The notes under the pieces are model-generated. The model did not search any database and was not told the DNA's origin. It saw only the letters and a program-made list of their open reading frames with translations. A stretch of 64,000 nucleotides of DNA from a candidate division Kazan bacterium RIFCSPHIGHO2_01_FULL_44_14 (GTDB taxonomy: Bacteria; Patescibacteriota; Kazan-3B-28): contig METB01000001.1 in NCBI GenBank assembly GCA_001771185.1, forward strand, positions 631,200 to 695,199, read 5' to 3'. The position numbers were made by a program, and so were the translations under genes. Below are positions 1-8,956 of the stretch, piece by piece (positions within the stretch are counted from its first letter, which is position 1; every line of letters starts with the position of its first letter).

Positions 1-1
1 G

Positions 2-673
2 AAGGGGAAGCCCAAGCAAACAAAGGAAGATGTAGACAATAGAATCTTTGACGCCAATACAGAAGTAGATAGTGAGTACAAACCATATCTCAGTGGAAAG
101 GATTTTAACAGGTATGTCATTTTTGGCGTTAATAAGTGGATTAAATACGGGGAGTGGTTGGCTGAACCGAGAAGCTCTCTGAATTTTGGACATAAGAAAA
201 TAGTTGTGCGTCAGACTGCTGACAAGATAATTGCGGCAGTTGATGCAAAGGGTTTATTGGATCTCAACAATGTTCACAACATAGTAATTACATATCAAAG
301 TTACTCAGAAGAGTTTGTTACCGCTTTACTAAATTCCAAATTAATGGACTTTGTCTACAATTTTTTTGTTCCCGAAACTGGTCGTGTGTTTGCAGAGGTG
401 AAGGCAGTGAACTTGGCTAAGATGCCTATCAAAAATCTAAATTCAAAAGACACGAAAATCAAGGCAACCAGCAATTTAATAGAAGAGAGCGTAAAACAAA
501 TGATAAATTTGCAGGTTGAGCTACAGGGTATAACCAAGGATACGGAACAGTATGACAGAATGTGGAGTAGGGTTGTCCAGTTGGATAATGAAATCAATCA
601 ACTCGTTTATACGCTCTACGGTCTCACGCCAGAAGAAATAAAAATTATTGAGGGGATGGGCAGGATTGGATAG
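2..673 (+). CDS. C-terminal fragment of a type II/IIG restriction-modification enzyme (TaqI-like target-recognition domain); 5' end lies outside the window
   Basis: The frame is open from the window edge. The C-terminus ends in the family-typical ...QLVYTLYGLTPEEIKIIEGM motif, preceded by ...GKDFNRYVIFGVNKWIKYGEWL. Confidence 0.5.
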   Translation, partial: KGKPKQTKEDVDNRIFDANTEVDSEYKPYLSGKDFNRYVIFGVNKWIKYGEWLAEPRSSLNFGHKKIVVRQTADKIIAAVDAKGLLDLNNVHNIVITYQSYSEEFVTALLNSKLMDFVYNFFVPETGRVFAEVKAVNLAKMPIKNLNSKDTKIKATSNLIEESVKQMINLQVELQGITKDTEQYDRMWSRVVQLDNEINQLVYTLYGLTPEEIKIIEGMGRIG

Positions 674-809
674 TGCCCGGGCGTGTCTGTGGGGACGGAT
701 TTTTTGCTGTGATTCAGGGTTTGAGTCGAGTTGTGGGCAATCGGGGAATTTTGGCTCCCAGACAGAAAACGGCTATAATGAGGGGGATATTTTTTAGATA
801 TTAGATAAG

Positions 810-1325
810 ATGCCAAGTCAATATACGGAACAGAGGGTGGGGGTCTTCATCGATGTGTCGAACATGTATTATTCGGCCAAGGCGATGTATCAGCAGAAGG
901 TGAATTTTAAGGCGATTTTGGAAGAGGCGGTCGGAGATAGAAGTTTGATTCGGGCGATTGCTTATGTGGTGCAAGCCGATATTCCCGAAGAGGCCGGTTT
1001 TTTTGATGCATTAACTCGAATTGGATTCGAGGTTAAGGCCAAGGAATTGCAGGTCTTTTATGGTGGCCATAAAAAAGGCGATTGGGATGTAGGAATTGCC
1101 ATGGACACGATTAAATTGTCATCCAAGATTGATGTGGTGGTGCTAGTGTCTGGGGATGGCGATTTTGTCCCTCTAGTTGAATTTTTGCAAAGTAACGGTC
1201 AAAAAGTGGAAGTGATGGCATTTGGTCGGAGTGCTTCGGGTAAATTGCGTGAAGCAGTAGACCAGTTTATTGACTTAGATGCTAGTCCGAAAAAGTTTTT
1301 GATTACTGAGAGGAAGCGACGATGA
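810..1325 (+). CDS. NYN/LabA-like (PIN-like) nuclease domain protein
   Basis: VFIDVSNMYY ... VVLVSGDGDFVPLVEFLQSNGQKVEVMAF is the pattern of the NYN domain. Confidence 0.65.
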   Translation: MPSQYTEQRVGVFIDVSNMYYSAKAMYQQKVNFKAILEEAVGDRSLIRAIAYVVQADIPEEAGFFDALTRIGFEVKAKELQVFYGGHKKGDWDVGIAMDTIKLSSKIDVVVLVSGDGDFVPLVEFLQSNGQKVEVMAFGRSASGKLREAVDQFIDLDASPKKFLITERKRR

Positions 1326-1327
1326 AT

Positions 1328-1463
1328 CCCGTTAGAAACTGCCCTTGCCGGAGGTACGGGGGATAACCAGTCAACCAATGTTTACTATGATAGTTACCTA
1401 TACCAGTTTTGCGAAAAAAGAATTCTTACCAGAATTATTTTTTCGCGTAAAGTTTCTAACGGG
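1328..1463 (+). promoter_or_regulatory. Structured leader immediately upstream of the ileS start codon (nested inverted repeats)
   Basis: A 13-bp inverted repeat, cccgttagaaact (1328-1340) and agtttctaacggg (1451-1463), abuts the ATG. It encloses the hairpin gcgaaaaaa-gaattcttaccagaatt-ttttttcgc. No T-box consensus was seen. Confidence 0.35.
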
Positions 1464-4400
1464 ATGAAGTTTAAGCCGATTGATTCACGAGTGGACTTCG
1501 CCAAACAAGAGGAAGAAGTTCTTGAATTTTGGGATAAGGAAAAAATCTTTACCAAAAGTTTAGAGCAACGGCATGGCGGAAAGCGCTATGTCTTTTTTGA
1601 AGGCCCGCCCACAGCCAACGCTAAGCCGGGTTTGCATCACGCATTAGCACGTTATTTTAAGGATTTGTTTCCGCGGTACAAAACCATGCGAGGGTATTTA
1701 GTGGAGCGTAAGGCCGGTTGGGATACGCATGGGTTGCCAGTTGAAATTGCAGTGGAAAAAGAATTGAAGCTAACTTCTAAACCCGATATTGAAAAGTATG
1801 GGGTGGCTAAATTTAATGCCAAGGCCAAGGAAAGTGTGTGGCAACATAAAGAGGATTGGGAAAAATTCACCAAGCGGAGTGGTTTTTGGTTGGATATGGA
1901 GCACCCGTATATTACCTATGAACCAGATTATATTGAGTCGGTTTGGTGGATTTTGAAGCAGGCCTGGGATAAAGGACTGATTTATCAAGGTCATCGAGTG
2001 GTGCCACGGTGTCCGAGATGCGGAACGGCGTTATCAAGTCATGAAGTGGCACAGGGATACAGGGAGGTGAGCGAAACTTCACTTTATGTGAAGTTTCGAG
2101 TTAAAGAAGCAGGTAGCCCCTCCCAACTACGCCAAGGCTTCGATGGACAGGCGGTACCTCGGGGTACCAGTAAAAATACATTTTTACTAGCATGGACGAC
2201 GACACCGTGGACACTACCTGGCAATGTGGCATTGGCAATAGGAAATGAAATTTCCTATTGCAAGTTAAAAGTGACTCAACGGAGTCATCCTGAGCGAAGC
2301 GATAGCGTAGTCGAAGGATCTAGCAACCAGATTCCTCGACATGCTCGGAATGACAATACAGAGTACCTGATTTTGGCGGAGGAGTTGATTGAGAAAGTTT
2401 TTGGTAAAGAGAAAGTTGAAATTGTTGATAGATTTCAAGGGAAGGATTTGGTTGGATTCGAGTATGAACCACTATTCCCAGGAGCGGTACCAGACAATAC
2501 ACCAAATTATCAAAATGCGTTTAAGGTTTATCCAGCCGGTTTTGTAACTACGGATGAAGGGACTGGCGTGGTGCATACGGCGGTGATGTATGGTGAGGAC
2601 GACTATCAACTAGGCGAAAAAGTTGGGTTACCCAAGTTCCATACTGTGCTTCCAGACGGCACTTTTGGCCCAACTGTAGGAGAATGGGCAGGGAAGTTTG
2701 TGAAGGACTCTGAAGTTGAGAAAGGAATTATTGAGTATCTCCGGGAAAATCAGTCATTATTTAAAGAAGAAAAGTTTACGCATGATTATCCGTTCTGTTG
2801 GCGGTGCGAAACACCATTGTTGTATTACGCGGCCGAGAGTTGGTTTATTGCGATGTCTAAATTACGCGACCAATTAATTAAAAACAACGATGCGGTTGAA
2901 TGGACTCCATCTCATATTAAAGATGGTCGGTTTGGTGAATGGCTCCGAGAAGTGAAGGACTGGGGGATTTCTCGCGAGCGATACTGGGGAACCCCTTTGC
3001 CATTTTGGATGCCTGTCCGTACCACTGACGGCGAAGCCGCTGTGGGCGGAAGTGATGATAAACCGATGTGTGTAGGTTCGTTTTCGGAACTTAATAAACT
3101 AGCCAAAGACCCAAGTTTGGTTGGAACCAATTTTGATCCGCATAAACCATTTGTGGACGAAATCGTATTAGTGAAAGATGGTAAGGAATTCAAAAGGGTT
3201 CCGGAAGTTTTGGATGTCTGGTTTGATTCTGGTGCGATGCCCTTTGCCCAATGGCATTATCCAATCGAGAACGCTGAAAAAATTGATCGGGGCGAGGCCT
3301 TCCCAGCTGATTTTATTTCTGAAGCAATCGATCAAACCCGGGGCTGGTTTTATACCATGTTGGCGATTTCGACTATGTTGGGTAAGCCAGCGCCATATAA
3401 GCAGGTGATTTGTTTGGGACATATTCTGGATAAACATGGCAAGAAGATGAGTAAGTCCAAAGGGAACACAGTCGACCCGTGGACGATTTTTGATAAATAC
3501 GGTTCAGATGCATTGAGATGGTATCTGTACACCATTAATCAACCAGGGTTGTCCAAGAACTTTGACGAAGAAGGAGTGAAAACAGTGGTTAGAAGGTTAA
3601 TGCTAACCATCTGGAACACTTATTCATTTTTTGTAACTTATGCCAACATTGACGGATTTATTCCTGACTTGAATGTGAAAGTTAAACCAACGGAAGTGTT
3701 GGATAAATGGATTTGGACTCGTCACGACCAATTGATTGAACATGTAACATATCATTTGGACCGATACGAGCCAATGGCGGCCTGCCAAGCGATAGAAAGT
3801 TTTGTTGATGATTTGTCGAATTGGTATATTCGCAGAAACCGTCGTCGGTTTTGGCGGACAGGTGATGCTAGTCAGACCAAAGACAAACAACAGGCCTATG
3901 TCGTGCTTCATGCCGTGCTGAAGGATTTAACTAAACTAATGGCCCCGTTTATGCCGTTTTTGAGTGAAGCAATTTATGCCAATCTAAAAACAGACGAGGA
4001 ACCAATCTCGGTCCACCTGACGACTTGGCCAAGGGCGGGCAAGGTGGATGAGTTAATCTTGGAAGAAATGAGTCAAGTCCGGCACTGGGTGGAATTGGGA
4101 CTAAATCAAAGAGAAGTGGCCGGAATTAAGGTGCGTCAACCATTGGCGAGGTTTTCAATTAAAGCCAAACAGTTAGATGGTGATTTGATTGCTATTTTGT
4201 GCGAGGAATTAAATGTAAAAGAAATTGTGTTAGGGGATAACATTGAACAGTTGGATACGAAGTTGACTGATAAACTACTGGAAGAGGGATTGGTGCGGGA
4301 ATTAGTTCGGGCAATTCAGGTCTTACGCAAAGAGTCCGGATTTGAAATTCAGGACCACATTTCGATTACTTGGCAAACCGAAAGTAAAGCACTTCGTCAA

Positions 4401-4529
4401 GCGATTAAGGTCTGGGGCGAATATATTCAGTCCGAAACCCTAGCCGATATTTTAATCCAGAGCGAAAACGATGGTTATGAGGTCAAAATAGAAGACAATG
4501 TGGTAAAGTTGGTGGTAGAGAAGAAATAA
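1464..4529 (+). CDS. ileS: Isoleucyl-tRNA synthetase
   Basis: A 1021-aa class I aaRS with the HIGH-like motif PPTANAKPGLHHA and the KMSKS motif (KMSKSKGN). It carries two in-frame repeat-element insertions at 2111-2164 and 2284-2354. Confidence 0.95.
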   Translation: MKFKPIDSRVDFAKQEEEVLEFWDKEKIFTKSLEQRHGGKRYVFFEGPPTANAKPGLHHALARYFKDLFPRYKTMRGYLVERKAGWDTHGLPVEIAVEKELKLTSKPDIEKYGVAKFNAKAKESVWQHKEDWEKFTKRSGFWLDMEHPYITYEPDYIESVWWILKQAWDKGLIYQGHRVVPRCPRCGTALSSHEVAQGYREVSETSLYVKFRVKEAGSPSQLRQGFDGQAVPRGTSKNTFLLAWTTTPWTLPGNVALAIGNEISYCKLKVTQRSHPERSDSVVEGSSNQIPRHARNDNTEYLILAEELIEKVFGKEKVEIVDRFQGKDLVGFEYEPLFPGAVPDNTPNYQNAFKVYPAGFVTTDEGTGVVHTAVMYGEDDYQLGEKVGLPKFHTVLPDGTFGPTVGEWAGKFVKDSEVEKGIIEYLRENQSLFKEEKFTHDYPFCWRCETPLLYYAAESWFIAMSKLRDQLIKNNDAVEWTPSHIKDGRFGEWLREVKDWGISRERYWGTPLPFWMPVRTTDGEAAVGGSDDKPMCVGSFSELNKLAKDPSLVGTNFDPHKPFVDEIVLVKDGKEFKRVPEVLDVWFDSGAMPFAQWHYPIENAEKIDRGEAFPADFISEAIDQTRGWFYTMLAISTMLGKPAPYKQVICLGHILDKHGKKMSKSKGNTVDPWTIFDKYGSDALRWYLYTINQPGLSKNFDEEGVKTVVRRLMLTIWNTYSFFVTYANIDGFIPDLNVKVKPTEVLDKWIWTRHDQLIEHVTYHLDRYEPMAACQAIESFVDDLSNWYIRRNRRRFWRTGDASQTKDKQQAYVVLHAVLKDLTKLMAPFMPFLSEAIYANLKTDEEPISVHLTTWPRAGKVDELILEEMSQVRHWVELGLNQREVAGIKVRQPLARFSIKAKQLDGDLIAILCEELNVKEIVLGDNIEQLDTKLTDKLLEEGLVRELVRAIQVLRKESGFEIQDHISITWQTESKALRQAIKVWGEYIQSETLADILIQSENDGYEVKIEDNVVKLVVEKK
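2111..2164. repeat. B-family repeat copy inserted in-frame in ileS (encodes [18 protein letters not shown])
   Basis: About 49/52 nt are identical to 19352-19403 inside serS. Confidence 0.8.
2284..2354. repeat. A-family inverted-repeat mini-element (gtcatcctgagcgaag...ggaatgac) inserted in-frame in ileS
   Basis: It has the GTCATYC/GGAATGAC termini and the ggatct/agattcc core shared with at least 10 other copies. Confidence 0.75.
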
Positions 4530-5038
4530 TGAATCGTTTTGTTTCAAATCTCATCTTAGGTTTGTTTGTGGTGGCGTTGGTAATTGTTTATGGTGTTAGT
4601 AAACAGCCGGCAGTTTTTTCGTTGGGTCATTTACTAACGAATCAAATAGTACAGCCACCAGTTGACCAGCAAATGGCAATTCGGTTGCCGGGGGGGCAGG
4701 TGATTCAAGCACGGGTAGTAGACACCCCCGAAGCCAGGGCCCAGGGATTGTCGGGAGTGGAATCCGTTCCAGCCGATACCGGAATGTTGTTTGTGTTTCA
4801 AGATGATGGGACACAGGGAATTTGGATGAAGGGGATGAAAATCCCGTTGGATATATTGTGGCTTGATGGTCAGGGACAGGTGGTACATATTGTTCAAAAT
4901 GCTCCAATTCCAGATGATGAACAGACCGTACTTCCTATATATGAAAGCAACCAACCAGCCAGATATGTGCTGGAATTGGCGGCGGGAACAGTAGAAGCGA
5001 CTGGTTTAGAGGCAGGGCAGGTGGTCGGATTATCTTGA
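4529..5038 (+). CDS. DUF192 family protein
   Basis: GMLFVFQDDG...IWMKGMKIPLDILWLD matches the DUF192 pattern. Its start overlaps the ileS stop. Confidence 0.6.
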   Translation: MNRFVSNLILGLFVVALVIVYGVSKQPAVFSLGHLLTNQIVQPPVDQQMAIRLPGGQVIQARVVDTPEARAQGLSGVESVPADTGMLFVFQDDGTQGIWMKGMKIPLDILWLDGQGQVVHIVQNAPIPDDEQTVLPIYESNQPARYVLELAAGTVEATGLEAGQVVGLS

Positions 5039-5067
5039 GGTGTGGTGTCTGAATAAATAAGCAGTAC

Positions 5068-5096
5068 TTGACCCCAGACGCGTCAGGTGATAACTT
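5068..5096 (+). promoter_or_regulatory. Putative sigma70-type promoter for rplU (TTGACC-17-TAACTT)
   Basis: The spacing is exactly 17 nt. It would leave a near-leaderless ATG at 5106. Confidence 0.3.
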
Positions 5097-5105
5097 TTGG
5101 AAGTT

Positions 5106-5423
5106 ATGAAATTGGCAGTCATTAAAACTGGTGGCAAGCAATACCTGGTACAAGAAGGTACGGTTTTGGATATCGAGAAACTTCCAGGCGAAGCCGGAGC
5201 CGAGATTAAATTTACTGAAGTGCTAATGGTGGCGAATGATGATTCGGTTACTTTAGGTACTCCGTTAGTGGCAGATATGGTAGTGACTGGTCAGGTGGTA
5301 GAGCAGTTTAGAGAAGATAAGATTTTGGTTTCTAAAATCAAGCGTCGCAAACGCTATCGCAGAAAAGCCGGTCATCGGCAAGAAAAGACCAGAGTGAAGA
5401 TTGTGGGGATGGTTAAAAGTTAA
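5106..5423 (+). CDS. rplU: 50S ribosomal protein L21
   Basis: MKLAVIKTGGKQYLVQEG... An alternative upstream ATG lies at 5097. Confidence 0.9.
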   Translation: MKLAVIKTGGKQYLVQEGTVLDIEKLPGEAGAEIKFTEVLMVANDDSVTLGTPLVADMVVTGQVVEQFREDKILVSKIKRRKRYRRKAGHRQEKTRVKIVGMVKS

Positions 5424-5446
5424 AAGTGATAAGTGAAAAGTTGTGG

Positions 5447-5474
5447 TGTCCCCTCGGTCCCTCGGGGTATCAAT
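5447..5474. repeat. G-family CTCGG-box 28-mer (gtcccctcggtccctcggggtatcaatc)
   Basis: Its reverse complement recurs at 13583-13610. Related boxes lie at 23608, 23890, 30781 and 31140. Confidence 0.6.
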
Positions 5475-5515
5475 CTTAGTAGGACTTATAGAATGAATTA
5501 AGAATTCTCTCTTTT

Positions 5516-5716
5516 TCCTACCGGCCCTTCAGTGAAGGGTTGTTCTGAATTGAGCTAAATCATTGCCGCGAAGCCACTGTTTAAGGAGCGAAGCGACGAG
5601 TTTGGCTGTAAGCGGAAAAATGATTTAGCCAATGAATAAGCCCGGAACTGTCCGGGCCACGGCTTTGGTTACTTTCACCAAGAGGAAAGTAACGGCGGGT
5701 TGAGCGTCGCCTAAAC
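5516..5716 (-). repeat. D-family structured 3'-end element, copy 1 (minus strand, downstream of lepB)
   Basis: Its reverse complement carries the H1 hairpin gttactttcctcttggtgaaagtaac, then ...ccgggcttattcattgg, the 10-bp helix ctaaatcatt/aatgatttag, and ctcaattcagaacaacccttcactgaagggccgg. Confidence 0.75.
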
Positions 5717-5724
5717 GCTCAAAA

Positions 5725-6375
5725 TTATAACCCTTTACCGTAAGACGGTGAGGCGATACTATGGAAGTCGCTAAATGGATAAATCACCACCCAAACCTTT
5801 CCGACAATTAAATGACGGGCGACTGGTCCCCAGATTCTAGAGTCAGAACTATTGTGGCGATTATCGCCCATAACGAAGTATTCGTCTTTGCCAAGAGTCC
5901 GACGGGCTTCATTAGGCGTGTCTACGCCTTGAAGGTAGGCCTCGCTTAACACAGTACCATTGGGGGTTTGTTTGTTATAAACAGTAACTCGTCCGTCACG
6001 GACTTCTACGGTTTCACCGGGTAACCCAATCACCCGTTTGATAAATGAGATGGCAGTGTTTTGTGGCCACTTAAAGACAACTACATCACCACGATGTGGA
6101 GTTCGGAAGCGATAGGTAACTTGATCAACAATGATATATTCATTGTTGTGGAAGTTGGGCTCCATTGAAGGGCCAGAGACATAGAATGGCTGGATTAAGA
6201 AGAACCGAATTAAGAAGGCAACACCCAGAACGGTGCTGACTGTCTTGAAGACATCGTAGATGAAAATCACCGTGCCAACAAAAACCGTTAGCCAGATATT
6301 TCGGCGCAGGGGTGCCTTTTTCCGCGATGAATGTTTATCGCTCTCGTCTTCGTGAGCGAAAATATCTTCAACCAT
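5725..6375 (-). CDS. lepB: Signal peptidase I
   Basis: It has the SGPSMEPNF catalytic Ser box, GDNRHNSSDSRIWGPV, and an N-terminal TM segment. Confidence 0.9.
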   Translation of the reverse strand: MVEDIFAHEDESDKHSSRKKAPLRRNIWLTVFVGTVIFIYDVFKTVSTVLGVAFLIRFFLIQPFYVSGPSMEPNFHNNEYIIVDQVTYRFRTPHRGDVVVFKWPQNTAISFIKRVIGLPGETVEVRDGRVTVYNKQTPNGTVLSEAYLQGVDTPNEARRTLGKDEYFVMGDNRHNSSDSRIWGPVARHLIVGKVWVVIYPFSDFHSIASPSYGKGL

Positions 6376-6502
6376 AAGTGTTTACAAAAATCTTTTTCAT
6401 TATATATTACAAACATGCGAAAGGTTTAATGGATAGGAGAGATCGGGGCGATTAGCTTCCGTCTGCGCTCATAAGCTTCGCCGGACTACGCAGTTGGTTG
6501 AT

Positions 6503-6577
6503 GGGCGGTTAACTCAGTGGTAGAGTGCTTCGTTCACATCGAAGAAGTCAGAGGTTCAAATCCTCTACCGCCCACCA
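6503..6577 (+). tRNA. tRNA-Val (anticodon CAC), CCA encoded
   Basis: Manual cloverleaf: acceptor gggcggt/accgccc, D arm actc/gagt, anticodon stem cttcg/cgaag with loop ttCACat, T arm agagg-ttcaaat-cctct, discriminator A, then CCA. Confidence 0.85.
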
Positions 6578-6828
6578 CTATGGAACAAAAACCAATAAAC
6601 AAATAACAAATATCAAATAGCCACCAGGGGACAATAACCAAATGACAAATGACCCACCTTCGCCAGGGGCTACGGAATGGGCAGGCAAATGACCACCAGG
6701 GGACAGTAACCAAATAACAAACATCAAATAATATTCAAAGGATAATCTAGTAATATTCCGCTCCTATTGCGGAGTTTTGGTGTTGGTGCTAGGATGTGGG
6801 CATCTTTCAGATAAGGTGGTGATGTTCT

Positions 6829-7467
6829 TTGAAGAAGTGTGCTGTGGTGGTTTGTTTGTATGGAATATTTGACGATACTTTAAGGTCTCCAATCGAAATG
6901 AAAGGATATTGGCAGTATCTTCAGGGAGTAGTTGAGTTTATCAGCAGGTTGGCTGGTGTAGGTCCTGGTAGAAAGCTCGGAGGGGCTATCGTGTCTCCCA
7001 TTGTCCTGTGTGGAGGGCGAACCAATCCTGCCACATCCCTTTCGGAAGCTGAGTCAGTGTTACCAATTTTGACTCAAGCGATATCGACCAGATATCAGGA
7101 TTTTCGGAATGTTAGTGGCATGATTGGGGTCTGGCCGAGCAGTTCCCTCACGCACGATGTATTGTTGGAGAATAAATCTAGCAATACTGCGCAAAACATT
7201 CATAATGCTCTAGAACAACTGTTGAATTTTCTTGGTGAAGACAGGTGTCGAGAAGGAAGAATCCTTTTTGTTTGCGACGCAGTGCGTCGGTTTCCGGTTT
7301 GGGTATTGGCGCGCCACTTATGTGATGAGAAGGGGCTTCGCTTCGGAGGGGTGGTTGGTTTGCCCCGAAGAGATATCCACTCAAACAGCAAAACCTGGAA
7401 GCAAGTTTTGCGTGGTTGCCGTTACCTTCTTAGGTCAGACCTGATTCAAAAAGAGCTTAACGCTTAA
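6829..7467 (+). CDS. Hypothetical protein, possibly DUF218/YdcF-like
   Basis: ...LCGGRTNPATSLSEAESV... resembles the DUF218 GG....SEA motif. A rho-independent terminator follows. Confidence 0.4.
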   Translation: MKKCAVVVCLYGIFDDTLRSPIEMKGYWQYLQGVVEFISRLAGVGPGRKLGGAIVSPIVLCGGRTNPATSLSEAESVLPILTQAISTRYQDFRNVSGMIGVWPSSSLTHDVLLENKSSNTAQNIHNALEQLLNFLGEDRCREGRILFVCDAVRRFPVWVLARHLCDEKGLRFGGVVGLPRRDIHSNSKTWKQVLRGCRYLLRSDLIQKELNA

Positions 7468-7492
7468 GCCCCGATTCGTCGGGGCTTTTTAC
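7466..7492 (+). terminator. Rho-independent terminator (agccccga-ttcg-tcggggc + TTTTT)
   Basis: A GC-rich hairpin is followed by a T-tract. Confidence 0.7.
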
Positions 7493-7496
7493 TGCC

Positions 7497-7525
7497 TTGA
7501 CATAGAAAGGGACATCAGGTAGCAT
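7497..7525 (+). promoter_or_regulatory. Putative promoter for rpsB-tsf-frr-uppS (TTGACA-17-TAGCAT)
   Basis: The -35 is perfect, the spacer is 17 nt, and the -10 has the TAnnnT form. Confidence 0.5.
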
Positions 7526-7610
7526 AACCCCTGTACGCACATCCGGAACAAATAATCCTTGGGACTAGGAGACCCAAACCGGGTGGAGGCAATAATAAAG
7601 GATTTGAACT

Positions 7611-8417
7611 ATGGCACAGAGCAAAATCTCAGTTGAGACGATGATGGAGGCGGGTATGCATTTTGGGCATCAGACGCATCGGCGTAACCCAAAGATGGAC
7701 CCGTATATTTTTGATGTTCGGTCGGGGATTCATATTATTGACTTAACTAAAACCGAACCGTTGCTGAAATCGGCAATGGAATTTTTAAAGGAAACCGTTA
7801 AAGGTGGTCGGCAAGTGATTATTGTTGGAACCAAGCGTCAGGCCAGTGCATTGGTTAAGGCCCAAGCCGAGGCCTGTGGGATGCCGTATGTGAGTGAGCG
7901 CTGGTTAGGAGGGCTGTTGACTAATTTTGAGACCATTAAAAAACGATTGAAATATTTGAATGAATTGGAGATAAAGTTGGCTCAACCGGATCTTGGTGAA
8001 ATGACCAAGAAAGAAAAAGTAATGTTGGATCGTCAATTAAAGGCACTTCTAACATCACTAGGCGGAGTGAAACATCTCCAAGGATTACCCGGTGCGGTGT
8101 TTGTGATTGATTTGATCAAAGATAAAATTGCAGTGAAAGAGGCCAGTAAGTTAGGGATTCCAGTGGTAGCGCTAGTGGATACTAATGCTAACCCTGACAC
8201 GGTAGATTATCCAATTCCATCCAATGATGATGCCAAGAAAGCAATTGAATATGTGTTGGAGTTGGTAGCCGAGGCCTGTACGGTAAAGCCAGTCGCCAAA
8301 GCTATCGAGGCAAAGGCAGATAAATCCGCCAACGGATCAGACAAGGTCTCTGGGGATGAGCCAATCGTGACTGACAACGAGACGACAGGTGAAACATTAG
8401 TCATTAAAGAGGAGTAA
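7611..8417 (+). CDS. rpsB: 30S ribosomal protein S2
   Basis: MAQSKISVETMMEAGMHFGHQTHRRNPKM... Confidence 0.95.
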   Translation: MAQSKISVETMMEAGMHFGHQTHRRNPKMDPYIFDVRSGIHIIDLTKTEPLLKSAMEFLKETVKGGRQVIIVGTKRQASALVKAQAEACGMPYVSERWLGGLLTNFETIKKRLKYLNELEIKLAQPDLGEMTKKEKVMLDRQLKALLTSLGGVKHLQGLPGAVFVIDLIKDKIAVKEASKLGIPVVALVDTNANPDTVDYPIPSNDDAKKAIEYVLELVAEACTVKPVAKAIEAKADKSANGSDKVSGDEPIVTDNETTGETLVIKEE

Positions 8418-8419
8418 CT

Positions 8420-8956
8420 ATGGAAATTAAAGCAACTGATGTAAAAAATTTGCGGGATATGACTGGGGCAGGCATGATGGATGCCAAAAAGGCCTTGGCT
8501 GAAGCTGAAGGCAATTTGGATAAAGCCAAAGAAATATTAAAAGAACGCGGGGCAACAATCGCTGCCCAAAAGGCCGAACGGGTAGTGGCTCATGGAGTAG
8601 TGTCGTCTTATGTCCATATTGGAAACAAAATTGGGGTGTTGGTGGAAGTGAATGTGGAGACCGATTTTGTAGCGCGCGACGAACGGTTCATATCTTTTGC
8701 TAGAGACATTGCCGTGCATGTGGCGGGAATGAATCCAAAATATATTTCCGCCGATGAAGTACCAGCCAGCGAATTAGCCGAAGCTGATGACAAAGACGCC
8801 TACATTAAAGAGGTCTGTTTGGTGGAACAACCTTATGTGAAGAACTCCAGCATGACGGTGCAGCAGTTGGTACAGGAGCAAGTAGCGCATTTCAAAGAAA
8901 ACATCCAAATAAGACGGTTTGTAAGATTTGAATTAGGGGTAGTATCGACATGCTAA
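8420..8956 (+). CDS. tsf: Elongation factor Ts (short form)
   Basis: IKATDVKNLRDMTGAGMMDAKKALAEAEGNLDKA is the EF-Ts N-terminal UBA-like motif. Confidence 0.9.
   Translation: MEIKATDVKNLRDMTGAGMMDAKKALAEAEGNLDKAKEILKERGATIAAQKAERVVAHGVVSSYVHIGNKIGVLVEVNVETDFVARDERFISFARDIAVHVAGMNPKYISADEVPASELAEADDKDAYIKEVCLVEQPYVKNSSMTVQQLVQEQVAHFKENIQIRRFVRFELGVVSTC

Noticed and set aside
1380-1463. T-box riboswitch upstream of ileS
   Set aside because: No T-box consensus (AATTAGGGTGGNACCGCG-like) or specifier-loop architecture was seen. It is reported only as a generic structured leader.
5516-5716. Considered whether the D-family element is a known single-copy RNA (tmRNA, SRP RNA, RNase P RNA, 6S)
   Set aside because: Six copies are present in 64 kb. 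There is no tRNA-like end, no SRP domain-IV motif and no P4 helix signature. A dispersed element family fits better.
6400-6502. A second tRNA upstream of tRNA-Val
   Set aside because: No acceptable cloverleaf could be drawn from the sequence.
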